A stretch of DNA of 64,000 bases. Source: Lingula anatina (Eukaryota > Animalia > Brachiopoda). The stretch is taken from assembly GCA_051362555.1 (NCBI GenBank), contig CM120647.1:19568651-19632650 (forward strand), in the 5' to 3' direction. Position numbers and translations under genes: made by a program. The number at the start of each line of letters is the position of its first letter. The first letter of the stretch is position 1. Positions 12,301-25,204 of the stretch are shown here, piece by piece. The notes beneath the pieces are model-generated. The model did no database searches. It saw only the letters and a program-made list of their open reading frames with translations, and was not told the origin of the DNA.

Positions 12301-15300
12301 CAATATATTGCAATAACAACAATACTAACACGAGCAGGTGCACGCAGATAACAGATCTAGATACTTAACGCATGGGTATATTACCAATCAACTCACGTTG
12401 TGGTTATGAATGCCAAATGCACGGCGTAACTTCCGGTTTTCAACAGAGAGTGAAACAAAATGGCCACAAACTGCATTTCCATGATGGGGATGATACACGC
12501 TACGGAAACGACTATCCCTGCCAATACTGTCAGCGAAAATGGAACCAGGAAGCATTGTTCTTTGTCTAGAATGTAAGATTCACAATGATATTTGTACCGT
12601 AAAAGTGAATCAGATCTGACTGTGATCTTCGTGGATGTGACGTCCACAAAGCATCATATCCGTTTTATGAATATGCATAGTTTCGTTCATTTGTTTTATT
12701 TTGGAAGACTGCGTAGGGTTGAGGCATTAACACTAAGCTGTTCATATAAAGACATTTCAATGTTTACTATACTTGTTAACATACATTATATTTTCGTGAT
12801 AAACAGCTTTTAAAATACGTAGATTGTCACTTTTTATGTAATATATCAATTTTCTGTCAAGAAAAAAGGCGAACATACTACAAACAAAGAAAAATTGTTT
12901 CACTTAAAGATTAGTTTATACCATCATCATGTTAAGTACCGTCGTTGGTTGTCTTGGCAATAAGTTTATCCAACATCAAACCAGTCATCAAGGCCCAGAA
13001 CAGAGAACCCACTTGGAACCAGGAATACACGTCCGTATATGTACTTACTGTAACACAATTTAGATATGATTAAATGAACAATCATGAAGAATAATAAAAG
13101 TGTTTGCGAGAGTGGGCCAAATTTCGTTCTTCTCGCAGTTGCAAGCTCATTGCAACAGAAACTGAAGTAATATAAACGTAAATGAATTACCTGTGCTTTT
13201 GACATTGTTTCCGTAGTAATTGACCATAGAGTAAAAGCTGCCTTGATATGTGACAATGAGGGTATGTTGGCACAAAATCCACAACATCAGCATTAGAAAA
13301 GAAGGACTTTTAAGAATCAATAACGAGCCTTGTAAGCTAGTGTTAGTGCCTTTATCTTCTTCTTTGCTTTTAGAGAGTTCTACTTCTCGGACCATGTGTG
13401 CACTTCTGTCAACACAGGGTTCCTTGGGATTGACATCGTCCTCGTTTTGACTACAAGTGTTATTATCGACATCAAGGTCAAATTCTGTTTGTGATCGTGT
13501 AATTGCGTCCTCTGGTGTGTATGCTGCGTTCACAAAGTGTTGCCCATTAATTTGAACTTCTTTAACCTCATCCTTCGATACAAATTCATCAACATCAGCT
13601 TGGGTGATCTTGCAATTGACATCTGTACTACTTTCTTTGCACGATGCTGACGATTCCTTGTTACTGTTGAACCCGTTGCGTAACTTTAAGCGACAGGCTA
13701 TGTCAATGTTGGTCCCGTCGTCGTCCTGTCTTAGAGGAAGGGTGATTGTGTTGACAGAAGACATAACAAGTATGATACCGGTAAAGGTGAACATGCACGT
13801 CATGTACGACACTCCGGCCTGGTACGCCATCTACAAAAGATTGTGACACTATTACACATATTCACTGGTGCAGTTAAGGGGATATTTTAAATTTACCTTA
13901 GGTCTTTTTCACCCATGCTTTTTACGAAAAAACAGGATAATGACTTTTTTGAAAAGATTGCCATAGACCCTATGTCGAAGAGAAGTATTTTGATTATTTA
14001 ATTAACTAGTTATTGATGGGCATCTTGCGCATTTACAGTTTAAATAAATAACAACTGCATATTATCTTACATTTGACAGACGCTTTTTTCATTATTCATA
14101 TGTTGTTGTCATAATTGTGTTCCATCAAATATAAACTTACATATACATATATGTTTTTCATTAGCTTATGGTTCAAAAACTTTGAATACACAGACACTTG
14201 TTTGCGTGTATGTAGGTATGTGTACGTACCTGTGCGTACGCCTGTGTGTGAGCGAGGCTAACTAGGGGCCCTTTACCTTTAACAAAATAGGTGCAAAAGC
14301 ACTGACATCCATAGCACCGGAAACCAAACAGGTAAGCGTTGCTTGTGCCTTAGGAAAAAGTCCGGCCACCTGGACGTCAGTAACAGCCAACTGTAGACCT
14401 CCAAGCATGTGAAATACAGCCCCAGGGAATAACAGCCATTCCGTTCCTATAAGATGAAAATAGTTATTATTTCTTTGTTATAAATTTAAATGATAAGCAT
14501 TAAGTATTTTTATAATGGGAATGTACCATACACTGTAAAAAAAGCGTTCAGCATTAAAATACATACAACACACGTTAGGTACATATACGCATTTAAAATA
14601 TGTGTAAAAGCTAAACACGTATAGCTTTTCATGCGTTTAACAGAAGAAAAAGCTAGACACGTTGACAGTGTTACACGTTTAGTTATGTGTTTAGCTTCAC
14701 CGGCATATGATTCTATAATAAGTCTATCACAAGCTAGTCACACTGGCTAAGCACCTCCCTTGCTAAGCGCCTGAGGCTGCAAAACATATAGAGCTGCTAT
14801 AGGTGTGGAACTCATAAACGGGTGGAGCTGCTGAACAACGCGTTAAGCTTTTCAGGCTTGTCACAGAAAAAATGCTTCACGATCCCATGTATACGATCCT
14901 ATAACATGTTTATTACAAGACTCAACAATTTGGCTTAACACTTCCCCTTGTAAATGTATGCTGCTGTTGGAGGCGTGGAGCAGCCTGCTTAAAAGCGTTG
15001 TGTCCTTCCTTGCAGTAACGTGTAATTATTTAAATAGGCCTATTAAGTAATAATCCAAACAACAATTAACGTTTTCACGACGTTAGCAGCTGGTTACATG
15101 TTAGTGATGGTATAGAATAACATTATGGTAACTTTTTGGATGTTTTTAACTCCATGCAAAATGATGCCCAGCTAACAAAAACATAGTAACGTTATAGCTT
15201 GTAGAAAGATTCGAAGACCGTAAAGTAGTGAATTTTCCTAACTTGTTTTTCAGAAATATATTCCGATAAATTTCTGATTTTCAAAGATGAACAGAAAGGT

Positions 15301-18300
15301 TTAAATTGAATCTCGAAAAAAGAAAAACTTTAAAAAATTTAACTTTGAAATGAAAATACTTTATATTTTTACATTGAAAACCTTAAGTGTTTCAACGGAA
15401 GGAAAACAACATTCAGTTTTAAAAAAAATGCTGAGAATCTTCCTCATTGGGGGGACCCCAAAGTATGAAATGGTAAAGAGAGATTAAGTCCCCCTGACGA
15501 GGAAGATTCTCAGCATTTTTTTTAAAGCTAAACATTACAGTATTTTTGTCTGCTCCTAACGTAATATTGTGTAACATTGGGTATAAAGCATGTAAAGCAT
15601 GTAATACATGAAATATAATGTTCTTTTTTTACCACAAGGAGTCAAAAAATGAACTTCCTGTATCGATTGGAGCAAGCATCTTAAAATTATATTCAAAAGT
15701 AGGTAAAAAAAGCTAATCGTCGAAGTCGTGTTAAGCTGGTTTGAAGAAACTTGTGGCCATTTGTAAAGGCCTATAAGATACTTATTAATATAACAGTTAT
15801 CTAATTATTCTAATTCATGATGATTGTTTGAATCATATCCCTACACGTGACAGACTGGAGTAAGGTTTCAGAATTACCTGTGTTTACAGTGTATGCGTAC
15901 AGTTCAACTGTTAAGTGAGTGACCTTCACATCGGTGTCTTCCCTGATCTCCAGCTTTCTTTTCAGCGCCAATTACACATTAACCTTATTCTACAGACTAA
16001 TGCAGCACGTTTTTTTTAAATTCAGAAAACTTACTGGTTTTATAAGTTAGCGTAGGACCTATCTACAGGTTGGTATATATTCTAGAAAGGCCTCGTTTTG
16101 TACCATACCTCTCTCTGCTAACGCCATCAGGAAGAATCCACCAGTGCATAGGCATCTTAAAGCAAAATTCCAAGGATTAATCAAATGTTACATTATACCT
16201 TCCGATTAAATGGCTATTAAAATAGTCGCCTTGCTAGTGTGAATCATGTTTTAACACGATCTCCAATATGTTCATAAAGAGAAAGAGGGAGTACAAAAAG
16301 TCAAGCGTATATTTTCAGACTGATAACGGGACAGGAAAGTTTAATACACATGGGCACGCAACCATAAGAGAAACTAGACGCTGAACCTGAAAAAAGATAT
16401 ATTAAGCAATATTGACAGCGAGGCTAAAATGCCCTCTCGCTGACAATGTCACGGTCCATTGTTTTCATATACCCTAGGTTCCAGTTTTTAGTATTGCCAG
16501 CTCGTTCTTGATTTCATATGTATTCGAAAAATCAGTGCCACAAAAAAGCAACTTTCTGCTTTTAAAACTGATTTGTGGTGCAGCCAATGCGCAATCCTTA
16601 TACTGATTTCGGACATACAGTGCAGAAGTCAAACTTTGCACACACGGTAAGCAAGCGTATTTTGCTTACATTTTCAGGATGTTATGTACCTTTACATATA
16701 CATATGAGATGAATGTCCTAAACTTATATTATTTTGAACGCTTAATTCAAGCGTGGGCTCGAAATAGGACATTACGTTTTAGACTTACTCAGTGGATAAC
16801 GCAATTCAAAATTCCACGGTTCGTGTCAGATTTACGTTAGGTCGCGCAAAGAAAACCCAAGTCCACATAATGACCAGTTTAATGGTTTATTGGTTGACTC
16901 TGTCTAACTACATCATCTACGTGAAATCTCCCAGCTCAAGGCCGTCTCCCATGGCTCCGTCGAGCGGTCTCCTTCGAGTCTTCTTCAGTCTCCCCTCCAA
17001 TATTATTTCTAGACGTCTTTTATACGTATTTCTTATCTATAGGTGGATTCTGTGCTGCAGTATTTGGCGGTACATATTAATTTTAATTATTCAAATTGCA
17101 CACGTCCACTTAAGTTACATGACTACAGGTAAGGCCATAAAACGAGTCGAGTGCACAAGCAATCGACTCTAATGAAATTAATTTACATGTCTGAGAATTA
17201 TATTTGTGAACACTACAAGGAGCAAATGTTTTTTGATGAGAAAAAATAATTATATAATTATTTTTTCAATTCACGTCTTAAATACAGCAAATAAAATTAA
17301 ATAAAGCAAAACTAAATATGCTTTACGTTTGATTTTGGACTAATAACATTCAACTGCAGATTTACTGCGGAGCAGTTCCTTTGATTGGCGGATACTCGAA
17401 GTTGCCGCTGTTCGTCAGAGCCACTATAAAGCTCCCCATTCATCACTTTACAGTTGTACGTCGACAGGAAACTCGAACTGCATTGTGGGAGGGGGAAAGA
17501 GCGTGAACTCATGGCGCGAAGGCTCTTGAACACAAAATAATGACTACCTGCTGTGTTTCAAGTTGCAGAAATGATAGAAGGTATCGAGAAAGGTAATTTC
17601 CCGCTAATTTTACAATCATGGACCAGAGTGTGTGATCGTCGAGGTTATTCCCCATTATTCGTATACTCGCTGTTTTTGTTTTGCTCTATTTTTCCCACAA
17701 TGCAATTCTCACGCATGCGCGCAGCGATTTTGTAAGTATCTGTAAAGTGGTGAATGCAAAGGTATGGATTGAGCAAGCTAGCTTTTTAGTGCCCTCACAC
17801 TCAGGGTAAGTCTATAGGACGACCACCCTGAAATAAACAGTCATACATTCCTCTATCATTGCACAGCTTCTAGCCAAGAAATAAGAAAAACAGTTCAGGG
17901 CCCGGTTGCACCAACATGGCGTAAATTTACTTGGCTACGACTGTCGTAAACCGGTTTACGTCGATGCAACTGCTAAGCCTCACTTACGACCGGTTGGTGC
18001 AACCGGACCCAGGCCCGTAGCGTCTAGCGTAGTAAATCCATATTGTTCTTGTGATCACAGTGTACTTACATACATAAGATCCTCACACAAACGGTCCCGC
18101 AGTGATCATAGATATATCCGAGCACAGGGAAAGACACCAAACAAACAACAGTGACAGTGTAAACCAAGTTCAGCAGCTCTTCTTGCTCAGTGCACTTTTG
18201 AACTCGGACGTCTTCGGCTGCTTCCTTGGTGCAGTTACCAGTAACAAGACCCTTACAATAAGAACTGTTGGTTATTGAATCAAAATAACAACGATCACCG

Positions 18301-18422
18301 TAAAACCTTTCTTCTACGAATATGAACACGAATGCAGGCCATCCGAATAATGTGAAAGAGTAGACAGCAGCCTCAAAAATGCCCAGAGCGGCACAGAAAA
18401 GTTTCCAACACTTACTTGCCAT
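10920..18422 (-). CDS. SLC43A3: SLC43A3-like transporter, copy B (8 exons, ~571 aa)
   Basis: Exons 18422-18070, 16155-16109, 14446-14277, 13830-13191, 13047-12940, 12565-12397, 11829-11706, 11024-10920; 1716 nt in frame; same motifs and exon phases as copy A. Confidence 0.85.
11042..11081. repeat. (AAT)n microsatellite beside the exon-8 acceptor; longer copy at ~22996-23043
   Basis: Direct observation; source of spurious poly-Tyr/poly-Ile ORFs. Confidence 0.9.
11285..11624. mobile_element. Same Kolobok-like MITE in intron 7 of copy B
   Basis: Internal sequence matches 20089-20433 and ends attatcccttaa; absent from intron 7 of copy A. A truncated copy lies at ~23247-23497 in C. Confidence 0.65.
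12237..12298. repeat. (TA)n microsatellite; homologous tracts at ~24260-24318 and ~33594-33654
   Basis: Direct observation, intron 6 of B, C and D. Confidence 0.9.
14531..15891. mobile_element. Possible non-autonomous CACTG (EnSpm/CMC-like) element in intron 2 of copy B
   Basis: TA|CACTGTAAA ... TTTACAGTG|TA termini; block absent from intron 2 of A, C and D. The terminal match is only 9 bp. Confidence 0.45.
15418..15526. repeat. Inverted repeat with ~39-bp arms
   Basis: tttaaaaaaaatgctgagaatcttcctc..ggggac pairs with gtcccc..gaggaagattctcagcattttttttaaa (28 bp perfect). Confidence 0.8.
16470..17808. mobile_element. B-specific ~1.3-kb insertion in intron 1, unclassified
   Basis: Flanks are contiguous in C (~27770-27790) and D; short inverted ends taccct / agggta. 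Confidence 0.4.
17899..18009. mobile_element. PIF/Harbinger-like MITE (111 bp) with CAG target duplication
   Basis: cag|ggcccggttgcaccaac ... gttggtgcaaccggacc|cag; empty site ttcaggcctgta in copy C (~27870). Confidence 0.75.
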
Positions 18423-18608
18423 GTTTCCTGTCCGCTTTCACCTTGGCCCTTTGTGCCAGCTGGTACAAAGTCGTCACAGTTACGCACTAGTTACTCTAAT
18501 AATTTTGGTCACTGATGTGTTTTGCTTCTTCAAACTGCCATTAGGAATGACGCAAATACGCCCTGAGTGTCAGGTCACTGTGAAGCGGGCTTTGCTGATA
18601 TGGATTAT

Positions 18609-19050
18609 ATACAACATTGGTCAAAAATGTTGTCCCACCCCCATTTCCATGTACTTTTATTTATAAATGATCACCTCACAGCTGTGAACTGTTAGAAATA
18701 GTGCTTTTTATTACGGATACCTTGTCTAACATGATTAATGGTTAAAAAAATACAAAATAGTGGTGAAAATATTTTACACATTTTACACATTTGGTACACA
18801 TTTTATACCATTTAGTAAAATTTATAAGAGGTACCCCCTCAAATCGACTGTTTCACTGTGACTTCTACAGATGCAAAGAAATGTATATAAAATTGAAAAG
18901 ACGCCATCAAATGTCACCAAATTTACACACAATTAACATTAGGGTGTGCTCGTTAAAGATCACGTGCCTAACACCGTGTGCGTCTACCGCGTACTGCAAT
19001 TATCTCCTGTAGACGGCGCGACAAGCCTTCAACATGGGTAACAATTCTGT
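18609..19050 (+). mobile_element. Left-end fragment of the same Tc1 family, upstream of copy B
   Basis: tacaacattggtcaaaaatgttgtcccacc onward aligns with 61352-61825; a shorter copy lies at ~38742-38925 upstream of D. Confidence 0.6.
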
Positions 19051-20088
19051 TATGTGGAATCATCATGTTATGTCAATTAAGTTAATTTTTTTCAGTAATA
19101 GGTTTGACTCCATAGAAATATAATTATTAAACTATTATAGAATATTATACACCATTTCCAGACATGCATGACACACTCCAATGTCATCAGTAAATTTGGG
19201 GTTAACACGTACCAGGAGTGAGACACCGGTTGGTACATGTATATACAGGGTCCCAAGGGGCAAAATCATGTTGTTTCAACCGGTGTCGCACTCGCAACGT
19301 TGACAAGACGTTGGATTAACAGTGGATTTGAAAGTTGGATCAACGTCAAATAACCACGTTGTATCAACGTCAGCTAACAACATTGTATCAACCCCAGCTG
19401 TAAGACAACATTCTTGCATGAAAAGACATTAAAATGATCTGAAATGTTTTTATTCTTTATACAAAAACACAGGTGCACAATTATAACATACACTGCTAAA
19501 ACATCTAAGTGCCTGCTTTGTCTCATTTTTTCGACTCATTTAGCTCCTAAGCATGTTACACTCTTCTAGCCGGGATTCTTTAGCAGTAGGCCTACTAGGA
19601 CGGGTTTGATGTCTAAACATGAGGGTCTATATGTATGGCCTTTCAGTTAGGATTTCCAAGGTTTAGTTTTATATCTATCTTTCTATCTATCTATATGTGA
19701 GAAATTCACGGTCACCTAAACCTGTCTATATATCTAAAAGGGTACGGTGAACTGTCAACATCGTTAACATCACTCCATCACCTTTACAGCGACTTACTCA
19801 TCCTTGTGTTAGCTGACCTTGCGAGGAGGTTCAATAGAATGTATTTCTGAATATCAAGTTAAGAAAATTCACTAGTTCACTTAAGACACAAAACAACTGT
19901 TACTTTTACTTTACAGCACCGTTTTTAATATTTTGATAAAGTTCGTTACAGCATTAATAAACATAGTATCACGTTTTCAATAATTAATATTTTAAATTAC
20001 GATCCATGTCTTGCATCACGACGACCTAACAACAACGTTGAGTCAATGACCAAAATACAACGTCGAGTCACCTATATTACTTTCCTTC

Positions 20089-20433
20089 TTAAAGGGATAA
20101 TAACTCTTTGTATGAGATCTATATTTCACAATAAAAACATTGTGAATAACTCATAGAAATGTAATATATTCTGTTTTACAACAAAAACAGCAGTTATAGC
20201 TATTATTCTGATATTTGAGCTTGTCTTCAGACCACGTGACCTCCATTGATGGCTATACTCTGTTAATATCTCTTAAGAGATTTTAACAAAAAACCAAACT
20301 TTTTAGAAAAAAACCAGGGACTAACTTTGAATGTAAAAATGGATTCATTAACCATTAGTAAGTATGGGAAAATTATTGTTTACTCCAGGAAAATTCATTT
20401 TTTGGCCAAAACGAAGAGTTATTATCCCTTTAA
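20089..20433. mobile_element. Kolobok/T2-type MITE with TTAA target site
   Basis: Perfect 20-bp inverted ends TTAAAGGGATAATAACTCTT / AAGAGTTATTATCCCTTTAA; non-coding; related copies in intron 7 of B, C and D. Confidence 0.75.
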
Positions 20434-20720
20434 TTTTGATATAATTTCTACGTGTCACCCTTGACTCTGTGTCACCCCAGCGTCAGTTAGAATTTAAACT
20501 TATTGTTTTCATTACTCTGTCTTTATCGTACTGACTCTCTCTCTCTCTCATTCTATCTCTTTTAGACAGTAAAGGGATTATCTCAAATCCGGGATTGGCA
20601 CCCACCCTTCTCCCGAAGGTAAAATATTTGGTTAAGATGTAAGCAAGGGTTTTTTGTTATGTAGATTGTTTCGAGTAAAATATTTACATTTTTAGGGAAG
20701 GTCCTGTGCTGTTTTCGTAC

Positions 20721-20834
20721 CTTTTTCCGCTGAACCCACCAAAAAAAAAAAAAAAAAAAAAAATCCACCAGCACTCATCAATCTTTAAAAAAACAAAAGC
20801 TTCTGTGTGATAGATTTTGTGATTATTTATCTAT

Positions 20835-20873
<39 letters not shown>

Positions 20874-21452
20874 CTGTATTCCCAGAGCTTTTAGATCGAT
20901 CTATCCCCGCGGGAAGTCTAACTAGATTACTGACAGATAATCCGGCTTAAATGTCCGTCCCGCCTACTACAAGCTGTAAGGGGGTAATTAACTTTCGTGT
21001 CCGCCCGGCTGACAGCTATTTAGCGTGAACCCCCAGGGAGTTAGGTCGATCTAAAGTAGATCGATCTAATCTCTAGAAATGGGGTCAGAGAGAAGCTGAT
21101 TACACGTAGCAGGAGTCAATTTAAGGTTGATTCGATACATGTAGACCGATTCTTATTAATGGAATGGGTTATAATTCATTCAAGTAAATTGCGAACTTAA
21201 TAAGCATGCCTTGTTGGACATATAACACGTTGTACATGACTCTAAAAAGCCGTTGGCTCCCTATCTACTAACGTACATAGGAGCCTCACACAAACGGTGC
21301 CACAGTGATCATAAATATACCCAAGCACGAGGAAAGACACCAAACCAATGATAGCAGCGGTGTAAACCAGGTTCAGCAGCTCTTCTTGCTCTGTGCACTT
21401 TTGAACTCGGGCGTCTTCAGCTGCTTCTTGGGCGCAGTTACTAGTAGCAAGA
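20721..21452 (-). pseudogene. Relic of an E-type SLC43 paralog: 3' half of exon 1 plus exon 2
   Basis: ~21272-21452 encodes LATSNCAQEAAEDARVQKCTEQEELLNLVY...CVRLLC with no start or TM1. Exon 2 at 20721-20782 carries a poly-T expansion. Flanking intron 20455-21220 aligns with copy E 42565-43170. No exons 3-8 follow. Confidence 0.75.
20872..21086. mobile_element. MITE-like insertion inside a (GA)n tract
   Basis: Absent at the homologous (GA)n of copy E (~42990-43020); imperfect inverted ends with tagatcgatcta palindromes. Confidence 0.5.
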
Positions 21453-21491
21453 CTGATATAATTAGACCACTGCAGTCTCACTTAAGCAGAA

Positions 21492-22995
21492 CGATATTGC
21501 CTATAGATCTCCCGTCAACCGGACGTCCTTCCTAGAAGACCTCAGGTGTAGTCATAAAGGGTGTGTGACCTCTCTACCTGACTTGCGTGCAAATCTAGGG
21601 TCATGAAGAGCGGTTCAGGTGGAGGAAAGAAAATGCTCGATCGCAACACTTCCAGAATAGCGAGGCTTGTGCAGTGGGCTTAAACAGGGAGAGCACGCGG
21701 ACAAAATTTATTCAGTTTTCCGATTTCTTATCTCATACAAAAGATGTTAACATTAAAGTTTTGAATGCTCATTTTTTTCTAAATACATTTTGTTTCTGTT
21801 CAATTTATATGATTTATTTTGTGGGAAGTTCAAGATCGGTCTCAGACATAATGATGAAATTTAAGTGCTATATGTTTTTACTTTATCTACCACAAATGGT
21901 ATGTTATGTATTTGTACCTATTATTGATAATATCCGTAGAGATGATGCTGTAAAATTAAATGGGAATCTAATATTGACATACTTTTTAAGCAGAATGTTT
22001 TTCGGGTATACTCTGATTTTTTTCATTTCCACTTTTTTAAAGTAAGGTATTGTTAATTGAACCAAGTTTCAGAATATTTAACATGAAACAAGGAGAATAA
22101 GTTAGACTTTTTATTGACAACTTTCGAAAAAATGGCACATTTAGTGTGATTAGCAGTCGAAATGTATAAAAATAAAGTACACTCAGAACTGGAAATGGTT
22201 TGAAGCGATCTTTATTATGTTACTATATCCTCAGTTAATATATCCTCAGTTAGTGAATGAAATAATAAAAGCAATAATTAAGACTGGATGCAAAACTGCA
22301 AAGGACTACCAAACGCAGATGACTCTGCAATTTTAGCGTTTTCAGAGGCACATCTTCAGTCAATGATACTTCAATTTAGCAGCTAGAGGCCTAGGCATCA
22401 CCGTCATTGTCTCAAGAACTGTTTCCCTTATATGTATCAGCGCCAACGACTGGAGGTGGTAAAACACGTAACATACTTGTGAAGCGTCGTTTCTGCTCAC
22501 GAAAGTCTTGACAAAGAATGGAAGAATCGGTTCTGTTGCTACAGCATCTGTCAAAATTCAAATGCCACTTCTCAACTGTCAGTGACAAATATTTTGTCGT
22601 TTCCATTGAGGTAGAAGACAAAAAACCGTTCTATCTGGTAACGTCGTATTGCTAGGACTGCCAGGACTATTAAACAACGTTAGCAGTAAGAAACAATTAA
22701 GTACAGTGACTGCCGAGCACGCAGGTCTGCTTCTAACAGGGCACTATTTTTCCCAATATACTTTCTTTCTGCAGATACATTGTTGAATAGTTTTTGTCCA
22801 GTCGCCAAAACAAAATTCCAGCAATACAACAGATACCGCAAGGTCATCACCTGACTCATATTTTGGCTATTATCTACAGATTATAGCTGTTTTTCCTTGT
22901 GGAGCGACACCGACGCCAAAGAAGGTAGAAAGGCAAACAGCTGGCGGTGAGACATATTCCCAGGAACAGAACTCCCAACTGCAAAAACAAAAACA

Positions 22996-23044
<49 letters not shown>

Positions 23045-24256
23045 TATATCACGGAGAGGTGTCCTCATCATATATTTGTAAATGTACATGTAATTGTGCC
23101 ATTCTTCATGATTTCATGGAAAAATGTGACCCTGAAAGATATCAAAATAAAAATGGTCTTAAGTCAACTGTTAGCTGGGCAAAGTAGTCTTCAGTGCCTC
23201 GACTTATTTTCCAAAACTAAAAACCGAAATGGTTAAGCTTATAGGAATAAAAGGGATGATAACTCTTCGTATGATAACTATATTTCACAATAAAAAACAT
23301 TGGAAACAACTCAAAGAAATATAATATATTCTGTTTTACCATAAAAAAAGCAGTTATAGCTATTATTCTGATGTCTGAGCTTGTCATCAGACCACGTGAC
23401 CTCCAAAGATGACTATGCTCTGTAATATTCTCTTAAGAGATTACAACATAAAAAAAAAACTTTGAATGTAGACATGAATTCGATAATCATTGGTAAAAGG
23501 CTACAAAGGCTCCTATACCTACCCAGAGAGGGTCACTTTCCAGGCTGTACTTGTACCAAGAAAATATAGGTAATTGAACAAAAGTTAATATATTAGCGAC
23601 GGAAACTTGAATTCCGTATGCCTTTCCGATATGTTCCTTCGAAAATCTAAAAAAATAAATGATGTGTTGGAAGAATATGTGTCCAGTAATAATTGTGTTT
23701 GTATTATCCATGTATACTCCCCTAGCAAAAAAAAGTGTCACCTCTGTCATTTAAGTACACTGGCACATGGGGTAGCCATAGTTTAACTTCACTATCACAT
23801 TGGTTAACCGATCATCGTGTAAATTGGGGGCGTGAGTAAATTGGATAACTGAATGGTAACAATGCATACATAAATGATCTCATGCTATCTATGCATCGTA
23901 TATAAAACGCCACTCACAAACACGTCCTCCAATCCTTAGAATACTATATAAATATTAAAATGTGGTTTTGACTTTTTTTACTATGATTAGCCCATTCATT
24001 GTTTATAAAATCAGTATATTGAGTGAAACAATCCTTTATAAAAGTTAAATAAAGAACATTGGATTATAACATGATTTTTGTAGCACTGCATTAGGTGTGA
24101 ATTTTTTTCTGCCGGGGAGTAGTGTTTTACTTGCATTTTTTCACAAGGTACCTTAAGCTATCATTAAGTCTTAATATTCAATAACGCCAACTCACATTTT
24201 CAAATTTGGTAACGAGAATACCATTTCTGAAAACTGATAATTAAAATCGCTGACTT

Positions 24257-24320
<64 letters not shown>

Positions 24321-25204
24321 AAATAACAAGAATACTAACACGAGCAGGTGTACGCAGATAACAGATCTAGACACTTAACGCGCGTGGTATATTACCAATT
24401 AACTCACGTTGTGGTTATGAATGCCAAATGCACGGCGTAACTTCCGGTTTTCAACAGAGAGTGAAACAAAATGGCCACAAACTGCATCTCCATGATGGGG
24501 ATGATACACGCTACGGAAACGACGATCCCTGCCAATACTGTCAGCGAAAATGGAACCACGAAGCATTGTTCTTTGTCTAGAATGTAAAATTCACAATGAT
24601 ATTTGTACTGTAAAAGTGAATCAGATCTGACTGCGATCTTCGTAAATGTGACGTCCACAAAGATTCATATCCGTTTTATGAATATGCATAGTTTCGTTCA
24701 TTTGTTTTATTTTGGAAGACTGCGTAGGGTTGGGGCATTTACACTAAGCTGTTCATATAAAGGAATTTCAATGTTTACTTTACTTGTTTACATGCATTAT
24801 ATTTTCGTGATAAACAGCTTTTAAAATACGTAGATTGTCACTTTTTTTATATAATATATCAATTTTCTGTCAAGAAAAAAGGCGAACATACTACAAACAA
24901 ACAAAAAAATGTTTCACTTAAAGATTAGGTTATACCATCATCATGTTAAGTACCGTCGTTGGTTGCCTTGGCAACAAGTTTATCCAGCATCAAACCAGTC
25001 AGCAAGGCCCAGAACAGAGAACCCACTTGGAACCAGGAATACACGTCTGTATACGTACTTACTGTAATACAATTTAGATATGATTAAATGAACAATTATG
25101 AATAAAAATAAAAGTGTTTGCGAGAGTGGGCCAAATTTCGTTCTTCTCGCAGTTGCAAGCTCATTGCAACATAATCTGAAGTAATATAAACGTAAATGAA
25201 TTAC
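21492..25204. repeat. Second copy of the segmental duplication (matches 9554-13190)
   Basis: Direct visual alignment; differences are scattered substitutions and a few indels. Confidence 0.85.

Larger units (their letters stand above)
9554..13190. repeat. Segmental duplication unit, near-identical to ~21492-25200
   Basis: Intergenic and intronic sequence from cgatattgcct...cctagaagacctcagg onward is repeated almost base for base, including the (AAT)n and (TA)n tracts. Confidence 0.85.

Noticed and set aside
10920-12303. Poly-Tyr and (YI)n ORFs
   Set aside because: Translations of (AAT)n and (TA)n microsatellites.
19280-19400. Short caacgt-rich degenerate repeats resembling a CRISPR-like array
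   Set aside because: Irregular units without unique spacers, in eukaryotic context; more like transposon subterminal repeats.
21242-21481. Possible alternative first exon for copy B (protocadherin-style variable exons)
   Set aside because: Lacks start codon and TM1, and each intact copy has its own full exon set.
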